Positions 27,680-32,000 of a DNA stretch of 32,000 nt are shown in pieces. The stretch lies in the NCBI RefSeq assembly GCF_000018785.1, contig NC_010163.1:90001-122000 (forward strand). Reading direction: 5' to 3'. Every line of letters begins with the position of its first letter. Within the stretch, counting starts at the first letter, position 1. Under the pieces are notes generated by a model that saw only the letters and a list, made by a program, of their open reading frames with translations, made no database searches and was not told the DNA's origin. The position numbers were made by a program, and so were the translations under genes. Origin of the DNA: Acholeplasma laidlawii PG-8A. Its GTDB lineage: Bacteria; Bacillota_I; Bacilli_A; Acholeplasmatales; Acholeplasmataceae.

Positions 27680-27700
27680 TAATTTTTAATAGGGGGATTT

Positions 27701-28039
27701 ATGAAAGACTTTATTATAGCTACAACACCAACACTTGAAGGATATCGTATTGTTAAATACATTGATGTGATCTTTGAAGAAAATATTTTTGGTGTAAGTT
27801 TAAATACATCTGTCCAATCATTTAATGATATATTTAAAGGATTTTCAGGTGAACGATATGATGCAATGTCTGATCGTATCGAAGAAGTGAAAATAGAGGT
27901 TAAAAAACGTTTTATTAGAAAAGCTATTCGCCATGGTGCAAATGCACTTATTGGTGTTGATATTGAAACGACCACAACTCAAGCGGGTGGTATTACAATT
28001 TCAATGTCAGGTACAGCTGTTATTGTTGAAAAAATATAA
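27701..28039 (+). CDS. YbjQ/UPF0145-family protein
   Basis: 112 aa. TT...EGY.I.KY..V....................A......GANA.IGV........ISM.GTAV is the UPF0145 pattern. AGGGGGA Shine-Dalgarno. Confidence 0.75.
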   Translation: MKDFIIATTPTLEGYRIVKYIDVIFEENIFGVSLNTSVQSFNDIFKGFSGERYDAMSDRIEEVKIEVKKRFIRKAIRHGANALIGVDIETTTTQAGGITISMSGTAVIVEKI

Positions 28040-28073
28040 ATGGTGTAGCGTGAAATTCACGCTACACCATTTT
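28039..28073. terminator. Bidirectional rho-independent terminator between convergent genes
   Basis: Perfect ~15-bp palindromic stem AATGGTGTAGCGTGA / TCACGCTACACCATT with T-runs on both strands. Confidence 0.85.
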
Positions 28074-28080
28074 CCTTTAT

Positions 28081-28461
28081 TTAAACATTTTGAAATAAAT
28101 TTGGGTTAATTAGGGGAAGTAGTAAAGGCTGAAGGTAAGCACTAGCAGTCACACTTGAAATTAAGCTTCTTAAGTGTGGATAAATAATTTGAACAGCTGG
28201 TAATTGTAAGAAGTTTTCAATATCAATTTCACTAGAGTCTTCTGAGAAATTAAATGTTGCAGACATATGTGCGGTTAAATCAATTGGAAAGGGATGAGTT
28301 TCACTATTTAAAACACTAAACATGAGGGTTAGTGTATACGTAAAGTCATCTTCTTTAGCAAGTTGTTTGGTGTAAATGGGATTCATTTTAAAGTTACCCT
28401 TTAAGTTATGATTGATAATAGATATCTTTTTAGTTTGAATGATAGTATTAAGTACTTTCAT
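28081..28461 (-). CDS. SecB-like chaperone-fold protein (126 aa, no acidic C-terminal tail)
   Basis: FLQLPAVQIIYPHLRSLISSVTASAYLQPLLLPLINPNLF aligns by eye with E. coli SecB [41 protein letters not shown]. The upstream beta-strand pattern also aligns. AAAGGA Shine-Dalgarno. Candidate extended -10 TGaTAGAAT on the minus strand at 28483-28491. Confidence 0.5.
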   Translation of the reverse strand: MKVLNTIIQTKKISIINHNLKGNFKMNPIYTKQLAKEDDFTYTLTLMFSVLNSETHPFPIDLTAHMSATFNFSEDSSEIDIENFLQLPAVQIIYPHLRSLISSVTASAYLQPLLLPLINPNLFQNV

Positions 28462-28548
28462 ATATTCACATCCTTTTACTTTATTCTATCACACAATCAC
28501 TCTATGGTCTAAATATTATAGTTTTACCAATCTACTAATGAGCTTTAT

Positions 28549-28557
28549 GATATAATT
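28549..28557 (+). promoter_or_regulatory. Candidate extended -10 promoter (TGaTATAAT) for the GGDEF gene
   Basis: Exact TGnTATAAT about 60 nt upstream of the TTG start. It lies back to back with the minus-strand TGaTAGAAT of the SecB-like gene. Confidence 0.4.
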
Positions 28558-28618
28558 AAATCAAATAAGATCAAAAAACTAGCGAATTTTTAAACAAGTT
28601 GGTTAGAGGGAGAATTTT

Positions 28619-30118
28619 TTGATTATACTGGTTATATTGTTGGTTGTTTTTGGTTTATCCATACAGATTTTAATGATAAATACTCACAAAAGAAATATTT
28701 TGAGAAAAGACTACATTGCGCTAAATGTAGCACTTTACATAGATGCTTTTGCAACTATGCTTTTTATCTTTAGCGTCTACTTTGATGCCCCTACATATTT
28801 TCATTTAATATTTGAATACTTGATTTTTGTATCTATGGGTATCTTGTTTTTGATTATTATGCGTATCCTCAGTTCAAAATCTGAAAAACGTATTATTGCA
28901 ACCTTTTCAATCGGTATTATAGGTGTAGGACTTATTATGATATTTGGTACTAAGATGGATAAAGTGCTTGCTCAATCCTTGTTACTTGTTATCTTATTAT
29001 CTAGAATTCTGATTGTGGATTTTAGGAAGGTTTATCCATCTAAGTATATAAAATCTACCGTTTACTTGTTGTTTATCACAGAAACTGTGCGTTTTATTAC
29101 GGAAGGGTTCATCACATCAGATCTTTTATATCACACCTTCACAGATACTTGGGTTTCTGCATTTTCATTCATTTTAAGGGCACTTTCAATGGTGTTTATT
29201 ATTATCTTACATGACCAATTATCCATTAATAAAAATCTTGCAAAAACATTAGATATTCAATCATCAGCTAAACTACTTAACCAAGTCTTTGATCAAAATC
29301 CAAACGTTGTGATTCTAACCAATATGAAGCGTCAAATCATATATGCAAACAAGCAAACCATTAACTTAACAGGTTATTCAGAAGAAGAACTTATTGGAAG
29401 TACACCTAGTCTATTAAAAAGTGGTCTAACACCAAGAAAAACATATGATGAGCTTGAAAAAGCACTAAGAGCTGGTGAAAGCTGGGTGGGTGAGTTTATT
29501 AATAGAAAGAAAAATGGTGAAATATTTACTGAGTTATCTAAAATTATGACACTTAAAGGTGTCAATGGAAAACCTATGTTTCACTTAGCAATAAAAAATG
29601 ATATTACAAAAGAAAAAGCATATTTACAAGAGTTAGAATATCGTTCAAATCATGATGATCTCACAGGACTTTTAAGACGTCAAGTTTTTATCCAAAAACT
29701 TGAATCTAATATGGGCATAAACCATGAACATAATCATTATTTCATACTGATGGACATCGATGAGTTTAAGTTCATCAATGATAATTATGGTCACTTAATT
29801 GGTGATGATATTTTAATTGAATTTAGTAGCGCTTTAAAGGAAGTGTTTGATATTAGATCTTATATTTGTAGATTTGGTGGCGATGAGTTTGCAGTCTATT
29901 TACATGATTATGAACCTGAACAGGTCAAACTTCTAATAGAACGCTTATATCAAATCCTTTCTAACCACCCAATCGAATCCATTTCTAACGAATACAGATT
30001 GAGGTTTAGTTATGGTTTTACTAAGATTGAAATACCCGTAGATTTCAGCAAAGTTTATGAAAATTCGGATAAAAATCTATATGAACATAAAGCCACTAAA
30101 AATAACTTAAGAAGATAA
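28619..30118 (+). CDS. Membrane sensor diguanylate cyclase (multi-TM N-terminus, PAS, GGDEF)
   Basis: TTG start 6 nt after GAGGGAG. About 6 predicted TM helices in aa 1-200. PAS-like segment (NPNVVILTN....IIYANK....LTGYSEEELIG). GGDEF domain with DDLTGL, DIDEFKFINDNYGH..GD and intact RFGGDEFAV. Confidence 0.88.
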   Translation: MIILVILLVVFGLSIQILMINTHKRNILRKDYIALNVALYIDAFATMLFIFSVYFDAPTYFHLIFEYLIFVSMGILFLIIMRILSSKSEKRIIATFSIGIIGVGLIMIFGTKMDKVLAQSLLLVILLSRILIVDFRKVYPSKYIKSTVYLLFITETVRFITEGFITSDLLYHTFTDTWVSAFSFILRALSMVFIIILHDQLSINKNLAKTLDIQSSAKLLNQVFDQNPNVVILTNMKRQIIYANKQTINLTGYSEEELIGSTPSLLKSGLTPRKTYDELEKALRAGESWVGEFINRKKNGEIFTELSKIMTLKGVNGKPMFHLAIKNDITKEKAYLQELEYRSNHDDLTGLLRRQVFIQKLESNMGINHEHNHYFILMDIDEFKFINDNYGHLIGDDILIEFSSALKEVFDIRSYICRFGGDEFAVYLHDYEPEQVKLLIERLYQILSNHPIESISNEYRLRFSYGFTKIEIPVDFSKVYENSDKNLYEHKATKNNLRR

Positions 30119-30172
30119 GTAGAGATAACTTCATTCCAATGATTAATTAATCACATATTTAGCATGATATAC

Positions 30173-30201
30173 TTGACAAATCAAAGGGAATATTATATTA
30201 T
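30173..30201 (+). promoter_or_regulatory. Sigma-A-type promoter for rplM-rpsI (TTGACA, 17-nt spacer, TATTAT)
   Basis: Consensus -35 at 30173-30178, a 17-nt spacer, and -10 TATTAT at 30196-30201, about 80 nt upstream of rplM. Confidence 0.6.
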
Positions 30202-30280
30202 ATTTCACGGTACGTTTTAAAGCTTATATTCCACAGCCCTTATAGCAGTGTAAAATTATAAGGAGAAAGTCTAAAAAAAT

Positions 30281-30709
30281 ATGAAAACATTTATGGCAAA
30301 TGAATCAACAATCCAACGCAAGTGGTATGTTGTCGATGCTGAAGGTAAAACTTTAGGTCGTTTAGCAACTGTAGTTGCTAGCGTTTTAAAAGGAAAACAT
30401 AAACCAACCTACACTCCACATGTAGACTCAGGTGACTATGTGATCGTTATTAACGCAGAAAAAATTAAATTAACTGGTAACAAATGGAATGATAAGATCT
30501 ATTATAAGCATTCAGGTTATGAATCAGGTCTAACTGAAACACCAGCTAAAGAATTAGTAGTTAAAAAACCTACAGCTTTAGTTGAAAAAGCAGTTAAAGG
30601 TATGATTCCACATACATCTCTTGGTAGAGATATGTTTAGAAAACTGTTCGTATATGCAGGACCTGAACATAAACATCAAGCACAACAACCAGAAAGTTTG
30701 GAGGTATAA
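30281..30709 (+). CDS. rplM: 50S ribosomal protein L13
   Basis: [41 protein letters not shown] signature. AAGGAG Shine-Dalgarno. Confidence 0.95.
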   Translation: MKTFMANESTIQRKWYVVDAEGKTLGRLATVVASVLKGKHKPTYTPHVDSGDYVIVINAEKIKLTGNKWNDKIYYKHSGYESGLTETPAKELVVKKPTALVEKAVKGMIPHTSLGRDMFRKLFVYAGPEHKHQAQQPESLEV

Positions 30710-30713
30710 TTAC

Positions 30714-31112
30714 ATGGCAAAAGATTTAGTTCAATACTTAGGTACAGGACGCAGAAAGTCATCTGTTGCTCGTGTTATCCTAACTCCTGGTACAGGAAAG
30801 TTTATTGTTAATGGTAGAGAGTTTGAAGAATATATTCCTTCAGCTGCAACACGCCTAGACGTTCTACAACCATTAGAATTAACTGAAAATGTAGGTAAGT
30901 TCGATGTTAGAGCTAACGTTAACGGTGGCGGTTTAACTGGACAAGCAGGTGCAATCCGTTTAGGTATTACACGTGCACTTATGGAAGTTGATGAAGACTT
31001 ACGTAAAGTGTTAAAACCAGCTGGTTTAGTAACTCGTGATCCAAGAGCTAAAGAACGTTATAAATACGGTCTAAGAAAAGCACGTCGTGCAACTCAATTC
31101 TCAAAACGTTAA
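30714..31112 (+). CDS. rpsI: 30S ribosomal protein S9
   Basis: [29 protein letters not shown] and the C-terminal [23 protein letters not shown]. The true start is the ATG at 30714, 7 nt after GGAGG. The ORF-track start at 30621 lies inside rplM. Confidence 0.93.
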   Translation: MAKDLVQYLGTGRRKSSVARVILTPGTGKFIVNGREFEEYIPSAATRLDVLQPLELTENVGKFDVRANVNGGGLTGQAGAIRLGITRALMEVDEDLRKVLKPAGLVTRDPRAKERYKYGLRKARRATQFSKR

Positions 31113-31131
31113 TATTTATATACATTCAAAA

Positions 31132-31160
31132 GAAAACTTCCATGATGTGGGAGTTTTTTC
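31132..31160 (+). terminator. Rho-independent terminator after rpsI
   Basis: AAAACTTCCA / TGGGAGTTTT stem with one G.U pair, loop TGATG, then a T-run. Confidence 0.7.
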
Positions 31161-31291
31161 TTATTAACCGATTTTATGTGTCTGTAGCTACATTAAGTGG
31201 TGCAATAGAAAGTTAAAATTTGTATGTTTAGTTAATTAGGAATAAGAAGTTAGATAAATAACAAGCATAATACATAATAAACTTGTTTATT

Positions 31292-31320
31292 CAGTCGAAA
31301 TAATTTATAATAAAGGTTGC
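31292..31320 (+). promoter_or_regulatory. Candidate promoter for gltX (TTGTTT, 17-nt spacer, TATAAT)
   Basis: -35-like TTGTTT at 31292-31297 and consensus TATAAT at 31315-31320, 15 nt upstream of the ATG. This would give a very short leader that barely includes GAGGGTGA. Confidence 0.35.
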
Positions 31321-31335
31321 GAAATGAGGGTGAAC

Positions 31336-32000
31336 ATGAAAAAGTTTAGAGCGCGTTATGCACCATCACCTACAGGACATTTACATATTGGTAATGCAAG
31401 AACAGCATTATTCAATTACTTATTTGCTCGTCACCATGGTGGCGACTTCATTATAAGAATTGAAGATACCGATGTTGCAAGAAATGTTGAAGGTGGTATT
31501 ACATCTCAATTAAATAATTTAAAATGGTTAGGTATGGACTGGGATGAAGGCGTTGATGTTGGAGGTTCTTTTGGTCCTTATAATCAATTAAGCCGTCTAG
31601 AACTGTACAAAAAGTACGCATTTGAGCTACTTGAAAAAGGTTATGCTTATAAAGATTTTAAAGAAGGATCAGAAGATTTTGCGATCCGTTTTAAGGTTCC
31701 AGAAAATGTATTATATGAATTTGATGACGTTATTCGTGGTACACTGAAATTTGAATCAAAAGATGTTGAAGACTGGATTATCTTAAAAGATAATGGTATT
31801 CCTACTTATAACTTTGCTGTTGTTATTGATGATCACTATATGGAAATTACCCACGTGTTTAGAGGTGAAGAACATATTACAAATACACCTAAACAACTCA
31901 TGGTATATGATGCTTTAGGTTGGGAGTATCCAACATTTGGCCACATGACAATTATTGTCAATGAAGACCGTAAAAAGTTAAGTAAAAGAGATACTAATAC
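31336..32000 (+). CDS. gltX: Glutamate--tRNA ligase (3'-truncated by window edge)
   Basis: Not in the ORF track because there is no stop within the window. Hand translation gives [46 protein letters not shown]...[12 protein letters not shown]...HITNTPKQ...KLSKRD, with the HIGH and KMSKS-type motifs. GAGGGTGA Shine-Dalgarno. Confidence 0.92.
   Translation, partial: MKKFRARYAPSPTGHLHIGNARTALFNYLFARHHGGDFIIRIEDTDVARNVEGGITSQLNNLKWLGMDWDEGVDVGGSFGPYNQLSRLELYKKYAFELLEKGYAYKDFKEGSEDFAIRFKVPENVLYEFDDVIRGTLKFESKDVEDWIILKDNGIPTYNFAVVIDDHYMEITHVFRGEEHITNTPKQLMVYDALGWEYPTFGHMTIIVNEDRKKLSKRDTN

Noticed and set aside
1973-29565. About 25 ORF-track ORFs of 60-109 aa. Most lie antisense inside well-supported genes (for example 1973-2215, 2888-3157, 4487-4717, 6012-6257, 18829-19146, 27646-27975). 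One, 4870-5070, lies in an alternative sense frame inside adk.
   Set aside because: Each is fully or largely embedded in a gene with strong family motifs. None has a Shine-Dalgarno or start context. Their compositions are those expected from reading AT-rich coding DNA off-frame (Ser/Leu/Ile/Phe-rich). There is no evidence for overlapping genes.
30139-30152. Perfect 14-bp palindrome TGATTAATTAATCA about 20 bp upstream of the rplM -35 box. It could be an operator.
   Set aside because: Pure AT-rich palindromes of this length are expected several times per 32 kb at this base composition. There is no second copy in the window and no adjacent regulator gene.
30621-30713. N-terminal extension of the S9 ORF ([15 protein letters not shown]...) inside rplM.
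   Set aside because: S9 homology starts at MAKDLVQY (ATG at 30714), which has GGAGG upstream. The extension is an alternative frame of the rplM 3' end.
1-32000. Searched by eye for CRISPR-like spaced repeats, IS or transposase or integrase genes, tRNA or rRNA genes, restriction-modification genes, toxin-antitoxin pairs and other defence-system hallmarks.
   Set aside because: None found. All ORFs longer than 110 aa are accounted for by the listed genes. The intergenic regions are short (at most ~400 nt) and are explained by promoters, terminators, one T-box and leaders. Small tRNA-like elements cannot be fully excluded without tRNAscan-type tools.
1-32000. Possibility of Mycoplasma/Spiroplasma genetic code 4 (TGA = Trp), given the AT-rich, Mollicute-like content.
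   Set aside because: Several conserved genes end at TGA exactly where homologues end (rplE at 456-458, the Trx-like gene at 15016-18, and the ATGA-coupled junctions). Conserved Trp positions use TGG. No conserved gene is broken when translated with the standard code.

Overview
AT-rich window using the standard genetic code: TGA is a stop (for example rplE ends TGA at 456-458) and Trp is TGG throughout. The gene content fits a low-GC Firmicute or Mollicute-like lineage (Acholeplasma- or Erysipelotrichia-like); that placement is inference only. About 60% is core housekeeping. Bases 1-8436 carry the distal spc operon and the alpha operon (rplE-rpsN-rpsH-rplF-rplR-rpsE-rpmD-rplO-secY-adk-map-infA-rpmJ-rpsM-rpsK-rpoA-rplQ). 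Further on are ecfA1-ecfA2-ecfT-truA (15.5-18.9 kb), tmk-holB-trmN6-rsmI (18.9-22.0 kb), a Met T-box followed by metG (24.9-26.7 kb), rplM-rpsI (30.3-31.1 kb) and the 5' part of gltX, which runs off the window. In Bacillus subtilis, rplQ-ecfA-ecfA'-ecfT-truA-rplM-rpsI is contiguous. Here it is interrupted twice by lineage-specific cargo. Block 1 (8.4-15.5 kb) holds an orphan Lys-rich protein, a modular lipoprotein nuclease, Tag, an M3B oligopeptidase and a minus-strand Trx-like / TrxR-like / DUF1801 operon. Block 2 (18.9-30.3 kb) holds an 879-aa repeat lipoprotein, YitT and YbjQ genes apparently co-transcribed with metG, a SecB-like protein and a membrane PAS-GGDEF cyclase. I found no CRISPR array, IS element or transposase, integrase, tRNA or rRNA gene, and no recognisable defence or toxin-antitoxin system. 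There is no clear-cut novel system. The best candidates for undescribed biology are the following. (1) The redox operon, whose reductase lacks the NADPH-binding HRRxxxR motif and whose thioredoxin has a CKSC active site. (2) YitT/YbjQ placed under a methionine T-box. (3) A tail-less SecB-like protein divergent from a GGDEF sensor. (4) A lipoprotein built from five ~107-aa repeats. (5) A recurring loss of structural-zinc Cys motifs (S14, L36, MetRS, HolB, and a deleted segment in GluRS). All functional calls rest on motif recognition by eye; no database search was run.
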